From: Nitrospirota bacterium | GTDB taxonomy: Bacteria > Nitrospirota > UBA9217 | Reading direction: 5' to 3' | DNA: 64,000 bases | Assembly (NCBI GenBank): GCA_963749655.1 | Contig: CAVVOB010000013.1 | Span: 262,685-326,684, forward strand | Shown: positions 41,569-51,327 of the stretch, in pieces | Layout of the letters: each line of letters begins with the position of its first letter | Position numbering within the stretch: the stretch's first letter is position 1 | Made by a program: the position numbers and the translations under genes | Notes under the pieces: model-generated | Databases searched by the model: none | Seen by the model: the letters and a program-made list of their open reading frames with translations, nothing else | What the model was told of the DNA's origin: nothing

Positions 41569-42837
41569 TCAACGGGGCCTTTCGGCATGGCTGCGGGGCG
41601 GGAAGCGGCGGCCGCCTTTCGGTGCGTTGCGGCGAGGCTGCAGGGCAGCAGCCGCAGCCGCCTTCTGCTTTTCCTCGGCGGTCCTTCTGATCTCCCTTAT
41701 ATACATTCCGTCTTCAGCCCATTCCACGGGGATCTTCTGGCCGATGTATTTCTCGATTTCTTCGAGGGAGAACACGTACTCCTCGTCGGCAAGACTGATC
41801 GCCTTGCCGGTCGCTCCGGCCCGGCCGGTGCGGCCGATGCGGTGAACGTAGTCTTCAACGTCCTGGGGCAGATCGTAGTTGATGACGTGGGTCACGGCTT
41901 CCACATGGATCCCCCGGCTGGCGACGTCGGTGGCCACCATGACCGGTATTTTGCCTTCCTTGAAATCGGCGAGGATGCGGAGTCTTTTTTTCTGCATAAT
42001 GTCCCCGGTGATGGCTTCGGCCTTCCACCCGTTGCGGTTCAGGCGCTCGACGACCATGTCGGCCGCCCTTCGGGTGTTGACGAAGATGAGGCAGCGGGTC
42101 GGGGACTCTTTCTTGAGCAGGCCCAGGAGCAGGGGGATCTTCTCATGTTTGCCCACGTGATAGAGGACCTGTTCCACCTGCTCGACCGTGACCTTCTCCG
42201 GCGTGATGGAGATCTTTTCGGGGAGGTTCATGAACTCATAGGCGAGCTCCATGACGCGGTAGGAGAGGGTGGCGGAGAACAGCATCGACTGCCGCTTCGA
42301 GTACGGCTGCATCTTCCGGAGAAGATAGCGGAGGTCGTCGATGAAGCCCATGTCGAACATGCGGTCCGCCTCGTCAATGATGAGGAAGCGCGTTTTTTTG
42401 AGGCTGTATATGTTCTGTTTGTAGTAATCGATGAGCCTGCCCGGCGTGCCGATGAGCACGTCCACGCCCCGCCTGAGCTCATCCATCTGCTTCTGGTAGT
42501 CGATGCCGCCGTACACTGCCAGAAGATGAAACCCGGTGAACTTGCCGAGGCGAAGCGCTTCGTGGTAGATCTGATCGGCAAGCTCCCGTGTGGGAGCGAT
42601 GATCAAGGCCTGGGGAGAGCTCCCCGAGTCAACCTGCGGGTTTCTGATCATGCGGGAGAAAAGAGAAATGAGAAAGGCCGCGGTCTTGCCGGTGCCGGTC
42701 TGGGCCTGTGCTGCGACGTCTTCTCCTCGAACGGCGCGCGGAATCACTGCTTCCTGTACTGGTGTGCCTGTGGTAAAACCTGCGAACTCGATGCCCTGTT
42801 TTACTTCGAAGGGCAGGTCCAAATCACTGAAGTTCAT
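41569..42837 (-). CDS. rhlB: DEAD-box RNA helicase, RhlB-like
   Basis: AQTGTGKT, PTRELA, DEAD, SAT, HRIGRTGR, QSMLFSATLSYRV. Confidence 0.88.
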   Translation of the reverse strand: MNFSDLDLPFEVKQGIEFAGFTTGTPVQEAVIPRAVRGEDVAAQAQTGTGKTAAFLISLFSRMIRNPQVDSGSSPQALIIAPTRELADQIYHEALRLGKFTGFHLLAVYGGIDYQKQMDELRRGVDVLIGTPGRLIDYYKQNIYSLKKTRFLIIDEADRMFDMGFIDDLRYLLRKMQPYSKRQSMLFSATLSYRVMELAYEFMNLPEKISITPEKVTVEQVEQVLYHVGKHEKIPLLLGLLKKESPTRCLIFVNTRRAADMVVERLNRNGWKAEAITGDIMQKKRLRILADFKEGKIPVMVATDVASRGIHVEAVTHVINYDLPQDVEDYVHRIGRTGRAGATGKAISLADEEYVFSLEEIEKYIGQKIPVEWAEDGMYIREIRRTAEEKQKAAAAAALQPRRNAPKGGRRFPPRSHAERPR

Positions 42838-43327
42838 GTCTCTCCGATTCTGATTGCGGACTATTTGTCAACGATTATTTCACGCCAGTATACCATAAGT
42901 CGCCGCATGAACAAAAGAGAAATCTGCCGTTGCCGGGTCCGCCGCCCGTACCTGCCTTCGGGAGTGGAAAAAAATTCAACAGTCCGGCGCAACCTTCGCG
43001 CCCCCGGAACGCGAACGCGCGTGAGACCTTCGCCGTTTCGGGCGGATTTTTTATTGCTCAACCGATGAGCCTCATCCTCGTTCATATGAATAGCAGGCCC
43101 TGTTTGCGCGGTCTAAGTCGGCATTCATTGGTATCAGCATAACCTCGCGCGGCGGTTCGGGTCGTTATGGAGGAGCGAAGCGTCGGCGGAACGGGGGAAG
43201 GATGTAAACAATTAAAATTGTGAATTTTGACAAAAAACTAATATTTTTCGTCAGTGTTTGAATTTGTAATGAAACAGATGTTGATAAATTGTCTAAGCCT
43301 CGGAATAATAATTTTTTTAATTATTAT

Positions 43328-43366
43328 GTTGACAAAATATACACTCTTGTAGTATATTTTGTCAAC
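43328..43366. promoter_or_regulatory. Perfect 15-9-15 inverted repeat (probable operator) overlapping a sigma70 promoter
   Basis: GTTGACAAAATATAC-N9-GTATATTTTGTCAAC; contains TTGACA-N18-TATATT; ends 14 nt before the GTG start. Confidence 0.8.
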
Positions 43367-43380
43367 GAGGTGATTGACAC

Positions 43381-43947
43381 GTGCTGACAAAACTCTTCTC
43401 TTCAACAAGAGCGGAGCTTTTAGGCCTGTTCTTTAACAATCCGGATGATCGGTTCTACCTGCGGGAAATCGCGCGCCACATCGGCAAGGATGCCGCGGGT
43501 ATCAAGCGGGAACTCGACAACCTGGTAAAGATCGGGCTTCTGTCGAAAGAGAAACGGGGCGTTCAGAAGTACTACTTCGCCAACAAGAACTCTCCGATCT
43601 TCTCCGAGATGAAGGGTCTGATCTTCAAGACCACCGGCGCGCAGGGCGCCATGAAGGCGTCGCTCTCGCGGCTGAAGGGGGTCCAGACGGCGTTCATCTA
43701 CGGATCCTACGCACGGGGGTCGGAAAAAGAGGACAGCAACATCAACCTCATGGTGATCGGCCAGGCGAACATCACGGAGCTGAACGATACGGTGATGAGC
43801 CTGGAAGAGAAGCTGAAGCGGGACATCGATTACCTCGTGTTCGACGAACTGGAATACCGCAAGAGGAAGGAATCGAAGGATCCCTTCATTCGGGAACTGC
43901 TGAAAGGCAAGAAAATTTTCCTGGTGGGCAAGGAAGATGACTTATGA
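43381..43947 (+). CDS. Winged-HTH plus minimal nucleotidyltransferase (MNT) protein with degenerate DxD
   Basis: FYLREIAR..RELDNL..GLL HTH; YGSYARG..SNINL in place of SDxDL. Confidence 0.85.
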   Translation: MLTKLFSSTRAELLGLFFNNPDDRFYLREIARHIGKDAAGIKRELDNLVKIGLLSKEKRGVQKYYFANKNSPIFSEMKGLIFKTTGAQGAMKASLSRLKGVQTAFIYGSYARGSEKEDSNINLMVIGQANITELNDTVMSLEEKLKRDIDYLVFDELEYRKRKESKDPFIRELLKGKKIFLVGKEDDL

Positions 43948-44422
43948 AGCGCTGAAAGAGATGGGCATCGTGGAAGAGCGAGCCCCCGAGATCACCGAGA
44001 TCATCGCACTGGTGACGCGGGCCGAGCGGGACCTGTCCACGAGCAAGTTCCTTCACGACAAGGATGAAGAGTGGGCCTTTGCAGCCGCCTACCTTGCCAT
44101 GGCCCGGTCTGCGAGGGCGCTCATCCTGTCCGAAGGGTTCCGGCCCAAGGGCGTGCGGGGCAGGGACGCCCAGAAAACGATCGTGACAGCCGCGGGCGTG
44201 CTCCTCGGCGAGCAGTACAAGAGCCTCATCAACAAATTCGACCGGATGAGAAGGAAATACCAGAGCTTCATGGAAGAGGCGGGCCGCATAATCTCCCGGT
44301 ATGAAGCAGGGCAGGCTATCAAGGACGCAGAGGAATTCTTCGAGCTCGTGAGCACCAGAATACGGGAAAAGTACTCGCAGATGTCACTGCTGAATGATGT
44401 TCCTCAGCTTGTTTCAAGATAA
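43937..44422 (+). CDS. HEPN-domain protein lacking a recognisable R-x4-6-H motif
   Basis: AERDL..A, WA..AAY.AM..ARAL..GFRP, FDRMRRK, EA..AI..AEEF; overlaps MNT stop. Confidence 0.78.
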   Translation: MTYEALKEMGIVEERAPEITEIIALVTRAERDLSTSKFLHDKDEEWAFAAAYLAMARSARALILSEGFRPKGVRGRDAQKTIVTAAGVLLGEQYKSLINKFDRMRRKYQSFMEEAGRIISRYEAGQAIKDAEEFFELVSTRIREKYSQMSLLNDVPQLVSR

Positions 44423-44469
44423 GGCCGCTTAAGTCCGAACGCGGTATGCCGAAAGGGGGTGGAGAACTA

Positions 44470-44532
44470 ATGGCAGCCAAGAAGAAGGCGAAGAAGAAGG
44501 CCACCAAGAAGAAGGCCACGAAAAAGAAATAG
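44470..44532 (+). CDS. Lys-rich micropeptide 1 (20 aa, MAAKKKAKKKATKKKATKKK)
   Basis: GGGGGTGGAG RBS; repeats use synonymous codons (GCA/GCC/GCG, ACC/ACG, AAG/AAA). Confidence 0.7.
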   Translation: MAAKKKAKKKATKKKATKKK

Positions 44533-44561
44533 TTTTTATACTTTGAGTCCCTCAGGTGGGG

Positions 44562-44587
44562 CCGCCGGGGGCAGAGAAGCCCCCGGC
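44562..44587. terminator. GC-rich hairpin after micropeptide 1
   Basis: GCCGGGGGC-AGAGAA-GCCCCCGGC, weak T-tail. Confidence 0.5.
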
Positions 44588-44721
44588 GTATTTACAATAT
44601 CGAGCGGGCGAAAGAACCCGAAATCATAGAGCAGGAACGCAACCGTAATTCATCGGGCTTCATCCATTAACCGAATCGCAGAATCGGAATACTGATTCCC
44701 TAAAGAGGAGGTGAAGACACC

Positions 44722-44778
44722 ATGGCGACGAAGAAAGCCCCTGCAAAGAAGGCGAAAAAGACCACCAAAAAGAAGTAG
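44722..44778 (+). CDS. Lys-rich micropeptide 2 (18 aa, MATKKAPAKKAKKTTKKK)
   Basis: GAGGAGGTGA RBS 7 nt upstream of ATG; similar to micropeptide 1. Confidence 0.72.
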   Translation: MATKKAPAKKAKKTTKKK

Positions 44779-44827
44779 TCTCATGTATAATATAGCTGGA
44801 AGCATAAGGTTTACCCTATGCGACTTT

Positions 44828-44859
44828 ACCACGAAGACGGTCTTCGTGGTTTTGTTTTT
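44828..44859 (+). terminator. Rho-independent terminator
   Basis: ACCACGAAGAC-G-GTCTTCGTGGT followed by TTTGTTTTT. Confidence 0.7.
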
Positions 44860-45027
44860 CATGACCCCCTCTTCGGCCGCTCCGCCGTCCTTTCGGACAG
44901 GCGGGGAGAGGGGTTAGGCCATCCCGCGACCCGGCATTCCCCGGCTCCCGCAGGGTTGCAGCAGACCATCCTCATCCCATCCTTCCCCTTGAAGGAGAAG
45001 GTGCAGCGGAGAAGGATAATTCTATCG

Positions 45028-45381
45028 ATGCACAAGCGGAATTATCTTAAAACTGAACGACACACCCGCTCGGACCGCAACAGGAAGCTGTTGCTCGGCG
45101 CGGCGATCCTCCTCGCGGTCTACCTCCTGGCGTCATTCATCGTGGGCGAAATGGGGCTGATAAAATATTTCCGGATGAAGGCGCAGCACAACGGCCTGGT
45201 AAGGGATATCGCATCGCTCAAGCAGGACAATGCCCGCTTGACCCGCAGCGTGAACGCCCTCAGGACCGATCCCGACCTGCTGGAACAGCTTGCCCGCGAC
45301 AAACTGGGGCTTGCGCGGCCGGGGGAGATAGTGTACTATTACGCCGATCCTGGAGAACAGGGGGCAGTTAACCACAGATGA
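45028..45381 (+). CDS. ftsB: Septum formation initiator (FtsB/DivIC family)
   Basis: Single TM, GEMGL, coiled coil, LEQLARDKLGLARPGE. Confidence 0.85.
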   Translation: MHKRNYLKTERHTRSDRNRKLLLGAAILLAVYLLASFIVGEMGLIKYFRMKAQHNGLVRDIASLKQDNARLTRSVNALRTDPDLLEQLARDKLGLARPGEIVYYYADPGEQGAVNHR

Positions 45382-45534
45382 ACACGGATGAACACTGATA
45401 CATCGGTGGGAAAAAAAACCGGATTGCCGGCGGTTCAACTCGAAATAAAGCAACGCTGAAACCCGTATTTAATCTGTGCTGATCTGTGTTGATCTGTGGT
45501 TCAAATCGGGAAGAAGCAACTTCCCCCGACTCCC

Positions 45535-47741
45535 ATGTCCGATCATCCTCTTTCAATAGCCTTTGTATGGCACATGCACCAGCCGTACTACAAGGACGAC
45601 ATCAGCGGCTCCTACATCCTGCCGTGGGTGCGGATGCACGGCATCAAAGACTATTACGACATGCCGGCGCTCCTGTCGGATTTTCCCGCCATTCACCAGA
45701 CCTTCAACGTCGTGCCGTCCCTGCTCAAGCAGATCCGGGACTACGTCGAGAACGGGGCGACCGACAAGTTTCTCACCCTCACGCTGAAGCCCGCCGCGGA
45801 GCTGGACCAGGACGACAAGCTGTTCCTGCTCAGGAATTCGTTCATGGCGAACTGGGACACCATGATCAAGCCCTACCCCGCATACTGGTCGCTGCTCGAC
45901 CGGAGGGGGTACAGCGTATCGCCGAACGACCTCCGGAACGCGACCCGGTACTACACGACCCAGGATTATCTCGATCTGCAGGTCTGGTTCAACCTGACCT
46001 GGTTCGACCCGGTGTTCAAGCAGAACGATCCGTTCATCAAGAGCCTGATCCAGAAGGGCTCGAACTTCAACGAGAACGAGAAGGCGCTCCTGATCCGGAA
46101 ACAGCGCGACGTCATGGCGCTCATCATCCCCGAATACAAGCGGCTCGCCGAACTCGGCAGGATCGAGCTTACGACGACGCCGTTCTACCACCCCATTCTT
46201 CCGCTGCTGTACGACACGGACCTGGCAAAGATCGCCGTGCCCGACATCCATCTTCCCCAGAACCGGTTCAGGCACCCCGAGGACGCACAGGCCCAGATCG
46301 AGCGGGCGATGGACTACCACGAAAAGCTGTTCGGATCGCGGCCGTCGGGCATGTGGCCCTCCGAGGGATCGGTGGCCGAGGAGATCCTGCCGCTGCTGGC
46401 GGACGCGGGCGTCAAATGGATCGGCACCGACGAGGGGGTGCTCGCCCGTTCGCTCGGGAGGCCCATCGAACGGGATTTCGCCGGGGTCATGAAGAACCCC
46501 GAGGTGCTCTACCAGCCTTACCTTGCCGGCAAGGGCGACAAGCGGGTCTCGATGGTGTTCCGCGATCATACGCTTTCGGACCTCATCGGGTTCGTCTATT
46601 CCAAGTGGGACTACAAGAACGCCGTGCACGACCTGATCGACCGCCTGCACCGCGTCCGGCGCGGCCTGGCGGACGGACCGCACCTGGTGTCGATCATCCT
46701 CGACGGAGAGAACGCCTGGGAATACTACCAGAACGACGGCAGGGACTTCTTCCTCTATCTCTACGAGCGGCTCAGCGGCGAGCAGGGCATCCGGTGCGTC
46801 ACGGTCGGGGAATACCTCAAGGAGCACCCGGCCCAGGCGTCCATCGAACACCTGCATGCGGGCTCCTGGATCAATTCGAATTTCCGCATCTGGATCGGCC
46901 ACGAGGAGGACAACCGGGCCTGGGACCTGCTGTCGCAGACGCGCGCAGGCGCTCACCGATTTCGCCGCCGGGAAGGTCGATCCGGACAAGGTCGCGCAAG
47001 CCTGGGAGGAGATCTACATCGCCGAGGGCAGCGACTGGTGCTGGTGGTACGGGGACGACCACTATTCCGACAATGACGAGGAGTTCGACCTCCTGTTTCG
47101 CACGCATCTGATGAACGTCTACCGCATCATCGGGGTCGACGTCCCCGACGAGCTCCAGATATCGATCATCCGCGAGGACCGGCAGGCGCTGCCGACGGTG
47201 GAGTTCACCGCCTTCATTTCCCCGACCATCGACGGCTCCGTGACGAACTATTTCGAATGGCTGCCCGCGGGCTTCTATGATGTCAGCCAGGGCGGGGGTG
47301 CCATGCACCGCGGCGCGTCGATCATCACGCACATCTACTACGGCTTCGACCTCAAGAACATGTTCATCCGCCTTGATCCCGAGCGGGAGCCTGAAGGACG
47401 AGAAAGTCTCCGAACTCGCCTTTTTCATCAATTTCCTGAATCCCAAGGGCATGGACGTGGAGATCAGGGTCGTTCCCCAGGAACACCGCGTCAGCGCCGC
47501 GCTGTTCCGCGGCGAGAACGGGAAGCGGACCCAGGCCGCCGTCATCAATACCGTCGCTGCAAACGACATCATCGAGCTTGCCGTTCCCTTCGAGCTGATC
47601 AAGGTCGGCCCGAACGAGGAGGTCCAGCTCTTCGTGACCGTCGAGCGGGCGGGCTCGGAGATCGAAAAGTGGCCCTTCCGCGGGTTCATCCAGTTCAAGG
47701 TCCCGACCGACGATTTCGAGGCCATGATGTGGCAGGTGTAG
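45535..47741 (+). CDS. Glycoside hydrolase family 57 (amylopullulanase-like), two frameshifts (~46946, ~47380)
   Basis: WHMHQP, YHPILPL, WPSEG, ILDGENAW, AEGSDWCWW across three ORFs. Confidence 0.88.
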
Positions 47742-47823
47742 GTCAAGATCCGACTGAAGAAGCAGGAAAATCGTCGACAGGATAACAGGAATTACATAAT
47801 CTATCAGCGTTCCCTCTGGAGGC

Positions 47824-48063
47824 ATGATGCCGACGGTGCTGAAAAAAGGTCCGTATCGCTTTTTTTTCTATGCCGGCGACAAGGAAGAACCGGTGCATGT
47901 TCATGTAGAACGCGATGACAAGATCGCTAAATTTTGGCTCGATCCGATCAGGATGCACAGCAGCGGCGGATTCAGTCGTACCGAAATAAGCAGAATACAG
48001 CCAATTATAGAAGAGCATCGTATCCGCTTCATGGAGGTGTGGAATGACTATTTCGGAAGTTGA
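47824..48063 (+). CDS. DUF4160 family protein (putative TA component)
   Basis: MPTV..YRFFFY..EPVHVHV..AKFWL. Confidence 0.85.
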   Translation: MMPTVLKKGPYRFFFYAGDKEEPVHVHVERDDKIAKFWLDPIRMHSSGGFSRTEISRIQPIIEEHRIRFMEVWNDYFGS

Positions 48064-48352
48064 ACTCCTGGTGCCGAACGCTGAGCGTATAACCATAACT
48101 AAGGATACTTTGACCGTTGATTTAAGCGATGGGCGGTCGATTTCCGCGCCTCTTGCGTGGTTTCCGAGACTGCTCCACGCGACTGCACAGGAGCGGAAAA
48201 GGTGGCGGTTGATCGGCAGAGGACAGGGAATTCATTGGGAGGACATCGACGAGGATATCAGCATTGAAGGGTTGCTGGCAGGAAGACCTTCGGGAGAAAG
48301 CCAGGCTTCGTTCAAGAAATGGCTTGAGCGGAGGGACTCGCGCCGACATTGA
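48044..48352 (+). CDS. DUF2442 family protein (putative TA component)
   Basis: LSDGR..PLAWFPRL..AT..GIHWEDIDEDIS. Confidence 0.87.
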   Translation: MTISEVELLVPNAERITITKDTLTVDLSDGRSISAPLAWFPRLLHATAQERKRWRLIGRGQGIHWEDIDEDISIEGLLAGRPSGESQASFKKWLERRDSRRH

Positions 48353-48438
48353 TCTGTATCTCTTCCCGTACCTTGGGTCACCAATCAGAGCAGTATCCTC
48401 CATGCCTGCCCGAGGTTTAAATTCTTTCCAACCCAGCC

Positions 48439-49626
48439 ATGTCCACCTCTTCAATAATAAAAAAAGACGTCATCATCATCGGCGCCGGCGCATCGGGTCT
48501 GCTGTGCGCTGCGGAGTGCGGCAGGCGGGGCCGGTCGGTGCTGGTCCTGGACCACAACGAGCGGATCGCGGCAAAGGTCCGCATCTCCGGCGGCGGCCGG
48601 AGCAACTTCACGAACCTGAAGGCCGGCGCGGACCACTATCTTTCCCGAAACCCCCACTTCTGCAAGTCGGCGCTTGCGCGGTTTACGCCGCAGGACATCC
48701 TGTCCCTCGCGGCGAAATATCATATTTCCTATTATGAAAAAGAGGAAGGCCAGATCTTCTGCACCCGCGGCTCGCAGGAGCTCATCGTCATGCTCGAACA
48801 GGAATGCTCCGGGGCGGGGGCCGAATTACTGCCCAAGTGCCGCGTCGAGGAGATCGGCAGGGACGGGCGCTTCATCGTCGCAACGAGCCGGGGAATGTTC
48901 CTTGCGGAGTCGCTTGTCGTCGCCACGGGAGGGCTCTCCTATCCGAACATCGGCGCCAGCGGCTTCGGCCACGACATCGCCAGGCGGTTCGGGCTTGCCG
49001 TAACGCAGACGCGTCCGGCCCTCGTTCCCTTTGTCTTCAGCGGCCAGGACCTGAAGGATTGCCGGGACCTGGCCGGTGTGTCGCTTGACGCCCTGGTCTC
49101 TGCAGGGAAGAAGCATTACCGCGGGAACATCCTGTTCACGCACCGCGGCTTGAGCGGTCCGGCCGCTCTCCAGGCATCGCTCTACTGGGAGCCCCGCGCC
49201 CCGCTCTCGATCGACCTTCTCCCGGAGATCGACATCGACGATATCTTCGCCGGCCGCCGTCAAAGCAAAATGGAGATCCCCAATCTGCTTGCGGAGTTTC
49301 TTCCAAAACGCTTTGTCCAGGCATGGTGCGCCCGCATACCAGGGGCGTCCAAACCGATCAACCAGACGCCGGACCGGGAGCTCCGCGGGATCGCCGAAGC
49401 GCTGCACGCCTGGAAGGTCCTGCCCAAAGGGACCGAGGGCTACAAGACCGCGGAAGTGACGGCAGGCGGCGTCGACACGTCGGAATTGTCGTCGAAGACC
49501 ATGGAAGCGAAAAAGGAGAAGGGGCTCTATTTCATCGGCGAGGTCGTCGACGTGACCGGCGAGCTGGGGGGCTATAATCTCCACTGGGCGTGGGCCTCGG
49601 GCTTTGCAGCGGGGCAAACAGCGTAA
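48439..49626 (+). CDS. HI0933/YhiN (BaiN) family flavoprotein
   Basis: IIGAGASG, ISGGGR.NFTN, ATGGLSYP, FTHRGLSGP, GGYNL.WA. Confidence 0.92.
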   Translation: MSTSSIIKKDVIIIGAGASGLLCAAECGRRGRSVLVLDHNERIAAKVRISGGGRSNFTNLKAGADHYLSRNPHFCKSALARFTPQDILSLAAKYHISYYEKEEGQIFCTRGSQELIVMLEQECSGAGAELLPKCRVEEIGRDGRFIVATSRGMFLAESLVVATGGLSYPNIGASGFGHDIARRFGLAVTQTRPALVPFVFSGQDLKDCRDLAGVSLDALVSAGKKHYRGNILFTHRGLSGPAALQASLYWEPRAPLSIDLLPEIDIDDIFAGRRQSKMEIPNLLAEFLPKRFVQAWCARIPGASKPINQTPDRELRGIAEALHAWKVLPKGTEGYKTAEVTAGGVDTSELSSKTMEAKKEKGLYFIGEVVDVTGELGGYNLHWAWASGFAAGQTA

Positions 49627-49629
49627 TAA

Positions 49630-49900
49630 AAACAGTTTCGAGTTTTTAGTTTTGAGTTTTGAGTTGGAAATACTGCAGAAGCAGTTTTGAGTTTTTAGTT
49701 TTGAGTTGGAAAACTGCATTTAACTACCCTATGCACCAGGTCTGAGTTAGGACTAAAAACTCATAACTCAAAACTAAGAACTGCATTTAAGTGCTCGATG
49801 CACTATTCGTCAGTAACTCAAAACTCAAAACTAAAAACTGCATTTAAGAGCTCCATGTATTCAGTCAGTAACTCAAAACTCAAAACTAAGAACTCAAAAC
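49630..49900. repeat. Inverted heptamer-repeat cassette (TTTTGAG/TTTTTAG ... CTCAAAA/CTAAAAA)
   Basis: Same family at ~26745-26845, ~31935-31985 and ~51210-51300. Confidence 0.85.
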
Positions 49901-50204
49901 CGCCTTTCAAGTTCTTCTGCTATACTCGCTAAAGAAATTCAAAAACCGCTGTGCGTGACCCGTTGTTCTTCGGCTCTTTGCCATGTTTAGCGTTCGGGTG
50001 AGCGGGCAGGATGTCGTAAACAGGACATTGTTCATTTCTGGAACGGTGTTCTGTAATCGGGAAAAAACGCACAAAATGTTGGCAAGGTCAAAATATTTGG
50101 GCCTGTAAAAATAGACCGCTCATTTTGGACCTGAAAATTTACATCATGATCCTGCCTCGGCCATAACCATCGGATTTTATTGAATGCAAAGTATCACATG
50201 AGAT

Positions 50205-50220
50205 TGGCATTCGTATTGCT
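50205..50220 (+). promoter_or_regulatory. Sigma54 -24/-12 promoter
   Basis: TGGCAT-TCGTA-TTGCT, near consensus with correct spacing. Confidence 0.7.
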
Positions 50221-50423
50221 ATTCTATTATCTAACATGCTCTTAATCTTTTTCCGCAGGTCATTCTTCGACAGGTCCGTTAGTGATGCATTACAGTCTCC
50301 GAGTACTTAAGACTTGTTTTTAGTTAGAGATCATGTCCTCCCCTATAAAACGGGCAGAGGCGCATGACGGATCTTTACAGGATCTTATGCAAGCCGTCCT
50401 GATAAAGGCCCAGGGAGATAGAG

Positions 50424-51197
50424 ATGAGGCAAAAAATCTTAACCTTGATAGTGGCAGCAGCAGCGGGAGCAGCGCTCTTCGCGGATTCCGCCTATGCCGG
50501 CGATCCGTCGCCGCTTGTCTCGGTGAAGGACAAGGAGAGCTACGGAACGGGCATCATGATCATCAGGAGCCTGATGAAGCAGGGAGGCGAGCTCAACCTG
50601 GACCTCGTGGTGCAGGGTATGAAGGACGGCCTTACGGGCAACAACCTCCTCATGAGCGAAGCGGAGTGCAAAAAGGTCATGGCCGCGCTCCAGGATGAAC
50701 TGGATCAACGGCAGAGGCAGGCGGCCAACAAGAGCAGCTCAACGAACGCTGCGACTGCCAACGCGGAAGCGAACGGCTCTCCGGCGATCCAGAAGGACCA
50801 GACTGCACCGAAGCAGCAGGACGACCAGGGCGGATTGCTCGCGGAGAAGGGTTCCGCAGGCGCAGCGCTGGCTTATGGTTCCACGGCGAACAACTCATCG
50901 AGTTCATCTGCAGGCGCGAAACCGAGCTCGTCAGGATCCGTAGGGAACGGCAGTTCCGCGGCGCCTGCTGCCCAGGACAATCAGACCCAGATCGCGGCCC
51001 AGTATGGAGCGCCCAGTGGAACGTTTCTTTCCAGGCGCAATCAGGCCAGACTCGATATGCAATCGTTGAAACAGGAAATGCGGGGAAAGGCAATGTCCTC
51101 AGCGCCCGTCGTGACAGAACCCGTCGTGACAGAACCGGCCGGGATGGCGCCGGCTGAAACAGAGCCGGCAGGTGCGGAACCCCCCGTGATGGAATAG
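50424..51197 (+). CDS. Exported protein with FKBP N-terminal domain only plus low-complexity tail
   Basis: KDKESYGTG..LDLVVQGMKDGL; no PPIase domain; S/A/Q-rich tail. Confidence 0.75.
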   Translation: MRQKILTLIVAAAAGAALFADSAYAGDPSPLVSVKDKESYGTGIMIIRSLMKQGGELNLDLVVQGMKDGLTGNNLLMSEAECKKVMAALQDELDQRQRQAANKSSSTNAATANAEANGSPAIQKDQTAPKQQDDQGGLLAEKGSAGAALAYGSTANNSSSSSAGAKPSSSGSVGNGSSAAPAAQDNQTQIAAQYGAPSGTFLSRRNQARLDMQSLKQEMRGKAMSSAPVVTEPVVTEPAGMAPAETEPAGAEPPVME

Positions 51198-51327
51198 GAT
51201 GAAAATACGAAACTACAGTTTTGAGTTTTTAGTTTTGAGTTTTGAGTTGAGGGAGAGAGTGCAAACTACAGTTTTGAGTTTTTAGTTTTGAGTTTTGAGT
51301 TAAAAAAAGGAAAAGGAATCAATAACG

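Noticed and set aside
44711-44917. 68-aa ORF MKTPWRRRK overlapping micropeptide 2
   Set aside because: Its GTG lies inside the RBS of the 44722 ATG and it runs through a terminator
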